A model generated the notes under the pieces. It saw only the letters and a list, made by a program, of their open reading frames with translations. It was not told the origin of the DNA and ran no database searches. Both the position numbers and the translations under genes were made by a program. Shown here one piece after another: positions 39,662 through 51,079 of a stretch of 64,000 nucleotides of DNA. Every line of letters begins with the position of its first letter. Positions within the stretch are counted from its first letter, which is position 1. The DNA lies in assembly GCA_964016885.1 (NCBI GenBank), contig OZ024751.1, forward strand, positions 14,384,001-14,448,000, read 5' to 3'. The stretch is from Eledone cirrhosa. Its lineage: Eukaryota.

Positions 39662-40084
39662 TTAGGATTTTATTGGCAAAATATTAATGATGCTTGTAAT
39701 GTTATTGATTTAGTGGGGAGCGGTAGGGTGAGGGAGGGGGGAGAGAGTAAGAGAATGTTATCTATCATATCTTCATTTTAGAAGTGAACAATGGAGGAAG
39801 TAGTGGATGGGGAGGGGAAGATGGAGTAGGTCTTTCATTAAATCGTTAGACACAAATAAAATATCATGATTGCACAAAATGGCACAAATATTATTTTGAA
39901 AGGAGAGTTTATAGAAGAAAGAAAGAAGAACAAACAAACACATCACTTGGTTCTTTTATAACTGAAGACATTGAGAAGATTTACGGTCAGGAGACTTCTG
40001 GCATTCTGGGCTGGGTCCCCCCTCCCCTCTGAACCACCTCTCTACTCAGTGCTATCAGGACTGAGCTGGTCACCCATAAAAGTA

Positions 40085-40512
40085 AGCCTCATGTCAAAAA
40101 ACACCCAGCCCACACTATAAAGTGGTTGTGGAGGTGTCACAACAAAAAGCACCCAGCACACACTATAAAGTGGTCGTGTAGGTGTCACGACAAAGACCAT
40201 CCGGCACACACTGTAAAGTGGTTGTGTAGGTGTCACGACAAAAACCATCCAGCACACACTGTAAAGTGGCTGTGTAGGTGTCACGACAAAAACCATCCAG
40301 CACACACTGTAAAGTGGTTGTGTAGGTGTCATGACAAAAACCATCCAGCATAGACTGTAAAGTGTAGTTGGCGTTAGGAAGGGCATCCAGCTGTAGAAAC
40401 AAAGCCAAAATCAGTTCTGTATGTGTGAAACATGATCTCTCACAAAGGGACAACCGGTCCTACCCATGCTAGCGTGAAAAATAGACGTTAAATGATGATG
40501 ATGATGATGATG
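40085..40512 (+). mobile_element. B-related SINE with a tandemly amplified ~48 bp module
   Basis: 5-6 copies of AAAACCATCCAGCACACACTGTAAAGTGGTTGTGTAGGTGTCACGAC, then the TTAGGAAGGGCATCCAGCTG body and (ATG)n tail. Confidence 0.7.
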
Positions 40513-40779
40513 TGTGTCTGAACACAAAGGAACCAATCTCCCACTATCACTGCCTCTCCTGCTCGCCCCATCTCTCACTATTATGAGCAAATGGGGGAGA
40601 GGAAGGGGTGGCACCTGTTGGCCACCCCACGGCAGACAGAATAGGGAAGACATTTCCCAGGAGGATGGTGAGGGAGACGCGCTGGAAGAGCCATTCCAGC
40701 GCGTCTCCCTCACCATCCGCAGGTAGGGAGTAGGGAGGTGGTCCTAGGGCAAAGGGTAACAGCAGTCTTGGAATTAGAA

Positions 40780-41195
40780 TTGTACAGCGACTCCCGGTGT
40801 ACACCGTCGAATGCCTTCTGGAAATCAATAAAATTGACCGCCAAAGGCTGTTGTAGCTCAATGCATTGTTCGAGCGTGTTGCGTGGTGTAAAGATCTGTT
40901 CCGTGCAAGATCGATTTTTTCGGAAGCCGGCTTGTTGCTCCCAGAGCACAGTCGACAGCCTGCCGGAGTCGACGCAGCAGCACAGTGCAGAACGCCTTGC
41001 CTGGGACTGACAGCAATGTGATACCACGCCAGTTGTTGCGGTCTGCCAGGTTTCCCTACTTCGGCAGTTTGACGATGACACCGCGCTGCCACTCAAGGGG
41101 AACCCGACCAACTCTCCAGCAGTGGTTCATCAAGTCTGCCAACGCCGTTATCGTGCTCTCCTCACCGAATTTGAGCAGCTCAGCAGAGATCTCAG
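40780..41195 (-). pseudogene. RTE-clade LINE reverse transcriptase fragment (frameshifted)
   Basis: Translates across frames to ..NWRGITLLSVPGKAF.. and EQQAGFRKNRSCTEQIF..AVNFIDFQKAFDGVHRESL, classic non-LTR RT motifs. Confidence 0.9.
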
Positions 41196-41300
41196 ATTAT
41201 TTGCGGTATAAAAATGTTGAGGGTTGGTGAAATAAATCTCTACCACTACAGGAATTGAATAATCAAAACCGTAGCGGTATGTCGCATATCCAATCTCTCA

Positions 41301-41367
41301 TATATTTAATCTGATGAAAACGTACTGAAACACCATTGTACCTTTGAAATATGTATAATAAAATATA
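41301..41367 (+). ncRNA. Hammerhead ribozyme-like motif, family A-related
   Basis: TATATTTAAT-CTGATGA-AAAcGTAC..GTACcTTT-GAA-ATATGTAT-A-ATAAAATATA. Stem II sequence differs from the other family A copies but still pairs. Confidence 0.7.
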
Positions 41368-41414
41368 TATTTTGGTTATGAGAATATTTTTCATTTATTA
41401 ATATTTTGAATAAT

Positions 41415-41447
<33 letters not shown>

Positions 41448-41470
41448 TAATTATTAAAATAACAGATTAA

Positions 41471-41521
41471 AGTTTAAGCAAAGAATCACTGCTTTCACCC
41501 TTAACAGGATCTTCTGAAACT
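41471..41521 (-). ncRNA. Degenerate hammerhead-like motif (core CAGAAGA)
   Basis: Minus strand: AGTTT-CAGAAGA-tCCT gttaa GGGt-GAA-AGCA gtgattctt TGCT-T-AAACT. One core substitution; stems I and III are perfect. Confidence 0.5.
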
Positions 41522-41583
41522 AAAAAAAAAATCAATCTGTGACGCAGAAGTAAATATTATTATTATATATATATAGATATATA

Positions 41584-41783
41584 TTGGCAGTATTGGTAGA
41601 GGGTCGGACGCCATGCTTTGACGCATAGAGTTATGGCCCTTGCCATTCTGAGTTCAAATCCTGCCGAGGTTAACTTTGCCTTTCATCCTTACGGGGTCGA
41701 TAAAATAAAGTACCAGTAATTCACTGGGTAATTGCTGGCCTTGTGCCAAAAAGTAGAAACAATTATTATTATTATTATTATTA
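41584..41783 (+). mobile_element. SINE family A, full length
   Basis: TGGCAGTATTGG A-box, GAGTTCAAATCC B-box and (ATT)n tail. Confidence 0.85.
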
Positions 41784-42395
41784 ATACATAAATATATATA
41801 TATTTATTATCTTTAAAGTTTTCTGCCCTTCTGCACAAACATCTGTGTTTAAAGCTGGTTACTTACTCCATCCCTACAGATTATGACATTTTAAAAGAAA
41901 ATATGTCATAAACAACTATTTAATAAATAAACCAATGGAGAGCTTATTTTAAAGATCATTTTACAACTTCCTCTTGAAAAGAAGAAAATAGTCAGACATT
42001 TTCTTCATATCTTCCCCTTCATTCTTCATTCCATTGCGAGAGGGGGTTTTTGTTGTTGTTTTTTAGGGAGTAGGGGATGGGGCAGCGAGAGAGAGAGGTT
42101 GTTTTTTTTATCTTACTTCATAACTCATCCAAGCTTCCTCTCCAAATTAACCATTCCTTCAACAACTATCCAGCAAATATTTCATTTAATAATAATAACA
42201 ATAATAGCAAAAATAATGGTAAAAATAGTAAAAAAAGAAGTTGTAGGTTTATGACACCAGTTTCTTCCCACTTCCACCTCCACAGCCACCCCAATTTACT
42301 AACACATTCTCCTTGGCATTTGTTGATTGCAATCTCCTCAACTCTTTCTCCTTTATATATATATATATACAGACACACACATATACACACACACA

Positions 42396-42439
<44 letters not shown>

Positions 42440-42458
42440 TATATACACACACACAGGC

Positions 42459-42517
<59 letters not shown>

Positions 42518-42621
42518 GGCATATATATATAGATATGTTTATATATATATATATATATACATATACATACACACAGGCATATATATAGATATACACACAC
42601 GGGCATATATATAGATATGTT

Positions 42622-42676
<55 letters not shown>

Positions 42677-43399
42677 ACATATATAAACACATATATATAC
42701 ACATACACACAGGCATATATATATATATATATGCCTGTTTATATATAGACATATGTATATAAGTATGTATGTATGTAAGTATATATATCCAAACAGTTGG
42801 TGTATAATAGGTTATTAAAATGGTTAGCAGCAGAGAAAATCTGCTTTTAGGATATCGTACGTGCCTTATCTCTGTGTGTATGTGTGTGTCTGTGTATGTG
42901 TGCGTGTGCGTGTGTGTTGCATTTGGGGTGGAGCCATTTAGATAACAATATTCTAACAATAACTGTGATAACATTATCTGTGATTATTAGTGCTTATATA
43001 TATATACACACACACATATAATATATATATATATATCATCATCATCATCGTTTAACGTCCATCTTCCACGCTAGCAAGGGTTAGACTATATATATATATA
43101 TATATATCATAATATAGTTTAGTTGTTGTAAGACATATAATGGCATATGTTTGACAAGTTACATTATCTGGTAACAGACCACTATCCATACAATGAGATT
43201 AGATTATCTTATATCAATACGTGGCTGTTACTTGCAATACAAGTTTCGCCTAATGGCTGAACACCAAGAAATGTGCATATGTATTATATAACATTGATTT
43301 TGTTATAGTATTGTAAGTTGAACTTACTGTGCCATGTAACTAAAGTCAAATGGTCACAGCTTCGACATCTAGTAGACTTGGTAGACAGGACACATTAAA

Positions 43400-43815
43400 A
43401 CCCCGACATCTGGCAACTGACTTGGTAGACACCAACAAAATTATTAACCATCTTGTCAATGACAAACCTGAGTATCTTTTTCAATTTCATGTCTAACACT
43501 TGTGGACAAGCTTACAAAATCAGAAAACAGCACAGCTCCTATGACTTTTAGAAACACCTTTTCATGCTCAGAGTTGCTGAAGCATGGAACAAACTAGCTG
43601 CATCAGTTGTTAGCTGTCGGGACACTGCATCCTCCAAAACTTCCATGTTTCCTGAAATTCGCCAACACTACACCTGATATTCCCCTTCCATACACACATA
43701 TATCTATGTGTATATTATGACTGTTCACTTTCCAGACATTTGTACATTATTCTATGTACTATACATGCACTTTTGATGAGTTGTAGTGCACCTGAGCACT
43801 GTACACAATTTTAAT
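43400..43815 (+). pseudogene. CR1-like LINE 3' end with 3' UTR
   Basis: Decayed translation ..ATDLVDTNKIINHL..YKIRKQH..LRVAEAWNKL..SVVS.. resembles the CR1 ORF2 C-terminus (RV..WN.LP). The tail GATGAGTTGTAGTGCACCTGAGCACTGTACACAAT recurs at 45891-45960. Confidence 0.7.
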
Positions 43816-43934
43816 TCACTTTTTAACAGGCCTAGTGTTGTTAGAGCAGCAGATAGAAAGAATGCTTTGCTGTATTCATTCCCGCTTTCTGCAACCCAAG
43901 CTCAAATCCTCCTGAGGCCATCTTTTCCTTTCAT

Positions 43935-44363
43935 CATCATCATCACCATCACCATCTTCCATGAGTTAGATAAGTAGTTGTATTCTGAGGCTAACCAAGT
44001 CAGGAGATCACATCTTGTTCATATGTTCCATTTTTAGTTTGGTTTCTCTGGGCTAGATGCCCTTCCTAACACCAACCACTTTACAGAGTGTACTGGGTAC
44101 TATTTATACTGTGTACTGTGTACTTTTTATCATGTAGATCACCAACAATAAGAAAGTTGATTGTTTATAAACGAAAAGCACCCAGTACACACTGTAAATG
44201 TGGTTGACATTAGGAAGGGCATCCAGTCATAGAAACCAAGCCAGAAACAGTTCTGTATGAGCAAGACATGGTCACCTAACCCAACTTGCCTCAAACGAGA
44301 CAACCAGTCTAACCCATGCTAACATGGAAAAATGGACGTTAAGCGACAATGATGATGATGATG
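43935..44363. mobile_element. Inverted pair of B-related SINE fragments
   Basis: Minus-strand fragment at 43935-44100 and plus-strand fragment at 44175-44363. Confidence 0.6.
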
Positions 44364-44420
44364 AAAAACTTCTGAAATCTCTGTCTTCCAAATTTCCACT
44401 GGATGCATTGATCAGTTCAA

Positions 44421-44655
44421 AAGTAAAAACTTTTATTTATTTATAAGTAAATACTTTTATTTATTTATAAGTAAAAACTTTTATTTATTTATAAGTAAAT
44501 ACTTTTATTTATTTATAAGTAAAAACTTTTATTTATTTATAAGTAAATACTTTTATTTATTTATAAGTAAAAACTTTTATTTATTTATAAGTAAATACTT
44601 TTATTTATTTATAAGTAAATACTTTTATTTATTTATAAGTAAATACTTTTATTTT
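44421..44655. repeat. 24 bp AT-rich minisatellite
   Basis: (AAGTAAA T/A ACTTTTATTTATTTAT)n. Confidence 0.95.
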
Positions 44656-44721
44656 TTCAGGCACCTAATAACAGTTTTTTATCAGTTTAGTTTTAGCAGC
44701 GATTTTATTCAAATATGTAAC

Positions 44722-45165
44722 ATCATTTTACGTCCGCTTTTCCCCATTTGCAAGGGTTGGACGGGTCCTATTCAGCACAGCATCTCTCCACTTGTCACAG
44801 TCCTTCGTCATCTCCTCCGCGAGTTTCAGCGATCTGAGGTCTGCTCTCACCACCTCCGCCCATGTTTTACGCGGTCTACCTCTTCTGTGTCTTCCTTCTA
44901 CTGGGATTTCTTGGCACTTCTTTACCCAGCGGTCATCCTCTATGCGCATAACATACCCACACCATCTCAGCCTTCTCTCCTGCACACCACAACTTATCCC
45001 TCTTATACCCAGTTTCTTTCTCAACTCGTCCATGCTTGGTCGTTCAAGCACATTGACATTGCACATCCAATGGAGCATACTTGCTTCATTTCTCTCCAAC
45101 CGTCGCATATCCCCTGCAGTTGCCGCCATGTCTCACTACCATGCAGCATCGCGCATCTCACACAG
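44722..45165 (-). pseudogene. RTE LINE 3' end (ORF C-terminus and tail)
   Basis: ELRKKLGI..VQERRLRWCGYVMR..RGRPRKTWAEVVRADL..KWRDAV is the typical RTE C-terminus; ends in (ATG)n. Confidence 0.9.
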
Positions 45166-45166
45166 G

Positions 45167-45507
45167 CATCATCATCATTTCATCATCATCATTTTAGGTC
45201 CGCTTTTTCCCTGCTTGCAAGGGTGGGACGGGAACTGATTCTGGCTTGATTTCTACAGCTGGATGCCCTTCCTAACACCAACCTCAGTTACAGTGAGTGC
45301 TGGGTGCTTTTTTGCCGTGGCACCCCCACATCCACTTTGCAGTGGGATGATAGGGACCCCAGTCCCTATCATCTCATTTCTACAGCTGAGTAAACTGGAG
45401 CAATGTGAAATAAAGTGTCTTGCTCAAGGAAACAACACATCACCCGGTCTGAGAATTGAACTCACAACCTTTCAATTGCAAGGTTCTAACCACTAAGCCA
45501 TGTGCCT

Positions 45508-45509
<2 letters not shown>
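45167..45509 (-). mobile_element. SINE family B, near full length
   Basis: Near-identical to the other copies; abuts an RTE LINE 3' fragment. Confidence 0.85.
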
Positions 45510-45543
<34 letters not shown>

Positions 45544-45967
45544 CTAATATACAGTTAATGTGGTGTGGTAAATAAATATATACATATATACCAGGTCCAA
45601 ACACAATTGAACCAAACTCCCACTGTCACTACCTCAAGTAGATACTTGCAATAAGGTGTGGCACAGTAAATCATGTGGTTGTGAAAGAAACTTCTTAAAT
45701 ACACAGCCACATATCTATAAATACACGTCTTTCTATAATTATCCTTCTATATGTGTATTTTTACAGGCTATAAGAGGTGACTAAAAGAGATGTTAGGAAG
45801 GGCATCCAGCTGTAAACCATTGTCTCCAAACATCATGTTCAACCCATGCCAGCATGGAAAAATGATGATGATATATATATATCTACTATACATACACTTT
45901 TGATGAGTTGTAGTGCACCTGAGCACTGTACACAATATTTTCATTATTATTATTATTATTATTTATG

Positions 45968-46316
45968 ATCTGAGTTCAAATCTCGCCGAGGTTTACTTTG
46001 CCTTTCATCCTTACGGGGTCGATAAAATAAAGTACCAGTAATACACTAGGATAATTGCTGGCCTTGTGCCAAAAATAGAAACAATTATTATTATTATTAT
46101 ATATATATATAAGGGCGGTGGATTGGCAGTATCGGTAGAGGGTCGGACACCATGCTTTGACGCATAGAGTTATGGCCCTTGCCATTCTGAGTTCAAATCC
46201 TGCCGAGGTTAACTTTGCCTTTCATCCTTACGGGGCCGATAAAATAAAGTACCAGTAATACACTAGGATAATTGCTGGCCTTGTGCCAAAAGTAGAGACA
46301 ATTATTATTATTATTA
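45968..46316 (+). mobile_element. Tandem SINE family A copies (partial + full)
   Basis: 45968-46098 and 46113-46316 share the diagnostic AATACACTAGGATAATTGC. Confidence 0.85.
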
Positions 46317-46330
46317 TATATATATATTAT

Positions 46331-46440
46331 ATATATTGGACGGATAGGTGTCCTCATCTTATTGTTGTTGTTAACACTTCTTAAATACACAGTGTTAACA
46401 CCAACACAAGATGAGGACAACCTATCCATCCAATATATAT
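46331..46440. mobile_element. Short fold-back element
   Basis: ATATATTGGACGGATAGGTGTCCTCATCTT..GTTAACACT / AGTGTTAAC..AAGATGAGGACAACCTATCCATCCAATATAT. Confidence 0.55.
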
Positions 46441-46530
46441 AATGTAAATAATTCCTCGTATCAAAAATATAGAACAGTAACATATATATATATATATATA
46501 TATTAGGAAGGGCATCCAGCTGTAAACCAT

Positions 46531-46825
46531 TGTGAGTTCAATTCTCAGACCGGGTGATGTGTTGTTTCCTTGAGCAAGACACTTTATTTCACATTGCTCC
46601 AGTTTACTCAGCTGTAGAAATGAGATGATAAGACTGGGGTCCCTATCATTCCACTGCAAAGTGGTCGTGCAGGTGCCACGGCAAAAAAGCACCCAGCACT
46701 CACTGTAACTGAGGTTGGTGTTAGGAAGGGCATCCAGCTGTAGAAATCAAGCCAGAATCAGTTCCCGTCCCACCCTTGCAAGCAGGGAAAAGTGGACGTA
46801 AAATGAAATGATGATGAAATGATGA
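46531..46825 (+). mobile_element. SINE family B, 5'-truncated
   Basis: Starts at the B-box and runs to the (ATG)n tail. Confidence 0.8.
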
Positions 46826-46956
46826 TTAGAAAGTGAGGTTATTTTACAAAATGAAAAAAAAACGAAGGTGTCCTACACGAGTGAAAGTATAAGGAAAAAA
46901 GATGAAATCGAAAATGCAACTGGAGTATTTTTTTATAAAACATATATTTATTTGGT

Positions 46957-46997
46957 TCCTTTACCGGTTTCGCAGTTCTTCTGCTTTTCAAAAATAG
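46957..46997 (-). ncRNA. Degenerate hammerhead-like motif (core TTGAAAA)
   Basis: Minus strand: ttt-TTGAAAA-GCAG aagaa CTGC-GAA-ACCGGT-A-aagg. Perfect stem II and palindromic stem III; two transitions in CTGAAGA and a weak stem I. Confidence 0.4.
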
Positions 46998-47782
46998 ATT
47001 CGAGATGGAGGGTCTGTGGTTTTTCTCACATATATATATATATATGTATAGATAAGGGAACTTCAAATAGCAATGCTGAGCAGGGTGAGATGGAGGAGGA
47101 ACTTCATCATGCCAGTAGTAGCAAATGTGTAGAATGCTATATATATATATACATATATATATACACACACACATACATATAACTCTATTACATGTTCCAT
47201 CCGACAGCGTGAGGCCATGCTGGAGTGGTAAGAGTGAATTAGTCTGAAGTAATGTGTCTACTTCTATTAAAAGAAAATACAAAAGAAAGGAAGAAAAGAA
47301 AACTAAGCCCAATATGGTGGAAAACAGTCTAAAAATTGCAACTCTGACAAAAGTGAACGTGATCAACAGGATTGTTTAAGTTTTGATAAACATCCTAAAA
47401 ATATAAAAACCCTAGGAAATGGCTTCTTTCTTAGCAGACCCATGCGGAAGAGACTTGTCCTTCGGATATAGCCACTTAAAAATATTTCTACAACAATCGT
47501 TTTGAATGTTACAAAGCTGTTTTAGTCTGCAACAAAACAACTTCAATGTTATATATCCACTTAAAAAACAGAAAAGAAAAGAGAAAAGAAAAGAGAAAAG
47601 AAGAGAGGAAAAAGAAGAGAGGAAAAAGAAGAGAGGAAAGAGAAGAGAGGAAAGAGAAGAGAGGAAAGAGAAAATATGTTCAAAGTAAGTTCAATGGCTC
47701 TAGAAATATTTCTCTTAGGAGAAAGACAAAGATAACATCTGTTTTGAGTTTCATAGAATTGTCTTTTAACAAACTTTATATA

Positions 47783-48109
47783 TCATCATCATCATCATCA
47801 TCATTTTGCGTCCAATTTTCCTTGGACGGGTACTATGCAGCACAGCATCTCTCCACTTGTCACGGTCCTTCGTCATCTCCTCCGCGAGCTTCAGCAATCT
47901 GAGGTCAGCTCTCACCACCTCCACCCGTGATCTACCTCTACTGGGATTTCTTGGCACTTCTTTACCCAGCGGACATCCTCCATGCACATCACATATCTAT
48001 ACCAATGCAGTCTTCTCTCCCGCACACTACAGCTTATCCCTCTTATACACAGTTTCTCTCTCAACTCGTCTATGCTTGGTCGTTCACGCACATTGACATT
48101 GCACATCCA
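47783..48109 (-). pseudogene. RTE LINE 3' end, second copy
   Basis: Highly similar to 44722-45070, with internal deletions. Confidence 0.85.
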
Positions 48110-48120
48110 TATATACATAC

Positions 48121-48238
48121 ATTATTTCTGAAGATGACGGTAAGATCGAACCCATATATTATGTCTGATAGTATACAGTTCTCTAACTTCTAAAGATCAG
48201 TCAATATGATCAACCCTCCGAAACGACCGTAAAACAAT
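48121..48238 (+). ncRNA. Hammerhead ribozyme-like motif with long loop II
   Basis: ATTATTT-CTGAAGA-(tGAcGGT..GATC .. GATC..ACCcTCc)-GAA-ACG ac CGT-A-AAACAAT. Confidence 0.55.
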
Positions 48239-48469
48239 GAATGAGATATGTAAAATAACTTGCCTTTGTTATCATTGTTAAATAAAGTAATATGTAATAT
48301 ATCAGACTCTGTATCTGAAAAATTGACTCAGTGAAATATGGAACCAATCACTGGTTCTCACTGAACTACTTGGTAACGGATTACATTGAGTTCTAACTAC
48401 GGTATAGACCCTTCCATGAAAGGTAGACCACATTGAAAAGTATATGTGTGTATGTATATATATATATAT

Positions 48470-48610
48470 AGGAAAAATAGCCGTCGAAATGGCTTGAGCT
48501 CTGCCGTCGGGGGGGGGGGTCATACTTTTTCCTATTACCAACTCTACTACTACTAAGTATTGAGTACTCTGGTGCGTTATGGTCCATCTGGTTCCTTACC
48601 ACAACTCCTT
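48470..48610 (+). mobile_element. Family I element copy
   Basis: High similarity to 21060-21180 and 11148-11200; flanked by (TA)n. Confidence 0.55.
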
Positions 48611-48753
48611 CGTTATATATATACATGGTTATACTTTGGGAGGGTCATGCTGCCAATAAAAACACATGCACCTGTTGGTTTTCTCTTCAATTTATTATAA
48701 ATTTCCAGTTGGCTGGCTGGTTGGTTCGATAACCGGATGGCTGTTCATATATT

Positions 48754-48796
48754 GTCAAAGCTCTTTCGTCATACATTCTGTGACCTCCTCAGTGAC
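48754..48796 (-). ncRNA. Minimal hammerhead ribozyme-like motif
   Basis: Minus strand: GTCA-CTGAGGA-g-GTCA cagaatgta TGAC-GAA-AGAGCT-T-TGAC. One extra nucleotide before stem II. Confidence 0.6.
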
Positions 48797-48867
48797 TAGG
48801 TTTTTATTTTGTGTCTCCCCTTTTTTCTGTCCTACACCATCTTGTGTGTGTGTTGTGTGTGTGTGTG

Positions 48868-48985
48868 TGTAGCACCCATTGACCATATGTGTGAGTCTCT
48901 TGGTCAGTGTCTCAGTTTCAGACCCGTACAGCAGCACACTGGAGAAAACTCGTCCATGGATCTCAGGAATTTGACCCACCCTAGA
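48868..48985 (-). pseudogene. RTE LINE small fragment
   Basis: VFSSVLLYGSETETLTK resembles the RTE LLYGSETW motif. Confidence 0.65.
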
Positions 48986-49081
48986 CATATATATATATAT
49001 ATATATCCAGGAGCTTCCAACAGTAATGGTTGCATTTTTTAAGGGTATGTCAATATTTATTTATAAAACTGATCTATATTA

Positions 49082-49146
49082 TATTTTATCTGATGAAAGC
49101 ACACCATAATTTAACTTGGTGTCTTTGAAATATGTATAATGAAATA
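49082..49146 (+). ncRNA. Hammerhead ribozyme-like motif, family A (best-preserved copy)
   Basis: TATTTTAT-CTGATGA-AAGcACACCA taatttaact TGGTGTcTTT-GAA-ATATGTAT-A-ATGAAATA. Lies inside a ~190 bp element (49005-49190) homologous to 20298-20500. Confidence 0.75.
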
Positions 49147-49186
49147 AATATGGTTTTATAAATATAGTTTCCATTTGTTAATATCG

Positions 49187-49253
<67 letters not shown>

Positions 49254-49387
49254 GGAGGTGAGTTTTATTGCAGTACAATAAAGCAATGCAGATATCGGAT
49301 AAGAAGCACTCTACAGTTTGTAGGACTGGAGTATACATAATATATAAGATCAAAAGATGGTTAAATGAGTTCCATATCATGTCCTCC

Positions 49388-49441
49388 TATTTTATCTGAT
49401 GAAAACACAAATGTTATTGCATGATGATATTTGTTTTTGAA

Positions 49442-49460
<19 letters not shown>
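49388..49460 (+). ncRNA. Hammerhead-like motif running into (TA)n
   Basis: TATTTTAT-CTGATGA-AAAcACAAATGTTAT..ATGATATTTGTtTTT-GAA-ATATATAT-A, followed by a pure (TA)n run instead of stem I'. Confidence 0.55.
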
Positions 49461-49473
<13 letters not shown>

Positions 49474-49533
49474 TTTGTATATATACAATATATTGTGTAT
49501 TCTCTCAGATATATGATTCTCTCTCTCTTTCTT

Positions 49534-49583
<50 letters not shown>

Positions 49584-49689
49584 TTTACATTAGAATTATT
49601 ATGGCTCTGGGCAAAGTCTATTGAGCTAGTTTATTGAGAAACACAAAAACCAAGCATATTTAATATGTTTTGATTCCTCACATTTTTAT

Positions 49690-49880
49690 TAATAATTGTT
49701 TCTACTTTTTTTGGCACAAGGCCAGCAATTACCCAGTACATTACTGGTACTTTATTTTATCGACCCCGTAAGGATGAAAGGCAAAGTGAACCTCGGCGGG
49801 ATTTGAACTCAAACCGTAAAGGGACGTAACTCTTTGCTGGAAAGCATGGTATCCGACTCTCTACCGATACTGCCAATCCA
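49690..49880 (-). mobile_element. SINE family A, full length
   Basis: Reverse complement of the 60971 copy. Confidence 0.85.
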
Positions 49881-49942
49881 CATATAATATAGTTTTAATT
49901 TACAGGGAAATTCGTATTTTCTGTCATGTTTACATATTAAAA

Positions 49943-50014
<72 letters not shown>

Positions 50015-50044
50015 TCATCATCAACGTTTAACGTCCGTGTTCCA

Positions 50045-50096
<52 letters not shown>

Positions 50097-51079
50097 TGTT
50101 ACAGTCTCGGTTACACACACTGAATTTATAGATATAACTTTAAAGTTTACATATATCATCATCATTATCATCTTCGTTTTAACACCTGCTTTTCCTGCTT
50201 GAAAGGGTTGGACAGGTGTGCACAGACCAAGGCAGTACTGTAGTAGAGCTACTGACTTCTCAGACAGGCCAGGGATCTGCATCTCGCTTACATACAACAC
50301 TATATTTTGGCATAGAATATCTAGGACTACACTATGTAGTGTTAGTCATTGAGGGAGATTTAGCTGCTATTTCTAGCAGGTGAAGTAACCGTCTCCCTTG
50401 TTAGGTTGTTGTGTAATTACTAATCACATTGTTGTGAACAACACTGGAGATATATCTGGTGTTGATAAGACTAGACTTTAGTCATTAAATATTAATTATT
50501 GGTGGTGGTGGTGGTAGTGGTAGTAGTGGTGGTGGTGGTGGTGGTGGTGGTGGTGGTTTAACTGGGTTACATACACACAGATACAAACACATACATAAAC
50601 TCATATATATATATATATACATACATAAACACTAACATACATACACAGATACAAACATACAAACACACATACATACATACATACATTCCTATACATACAA
50701 ATTTATACATACACACCTAGATACACAAATAGATACATACATACACACATAGATAAATGCTTACACACACATAGATACACACACACGCACACAGAAACAT
50801 ATACTGATGAAAACAAGCACACACACACATTAATACACATATACATCACACACACAAACATGATGACAAAAACAAGCACATCCACACATACATATATACA
50901 CACACCTGATAATGTCCACACATTTAAACACAAACAATGCCCCCCCCCCTCTTCCACACACACACACACACACACAGAAGCTTAGGCACTGAAACATACA
51001 CTAGCAAAAACAAGCACGCACACATACATACATACATTTAAACACACACACAGCAACCCCCCCCCCCCCACCCCCCACA

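Noticed and set aside
43170-43255. Minus-strand GAA-ACTTG..CAAGT-A hammerhead-like 3' half
   Set aside because: No CTGANGA at a compatible position.
46839-47540. Unique-looking segment with a 175 aa hydrophobic ORF
   Set aside because: The ORF runs through (TA)n tracts, candidate exons hit stops, and no homology is recognisable.
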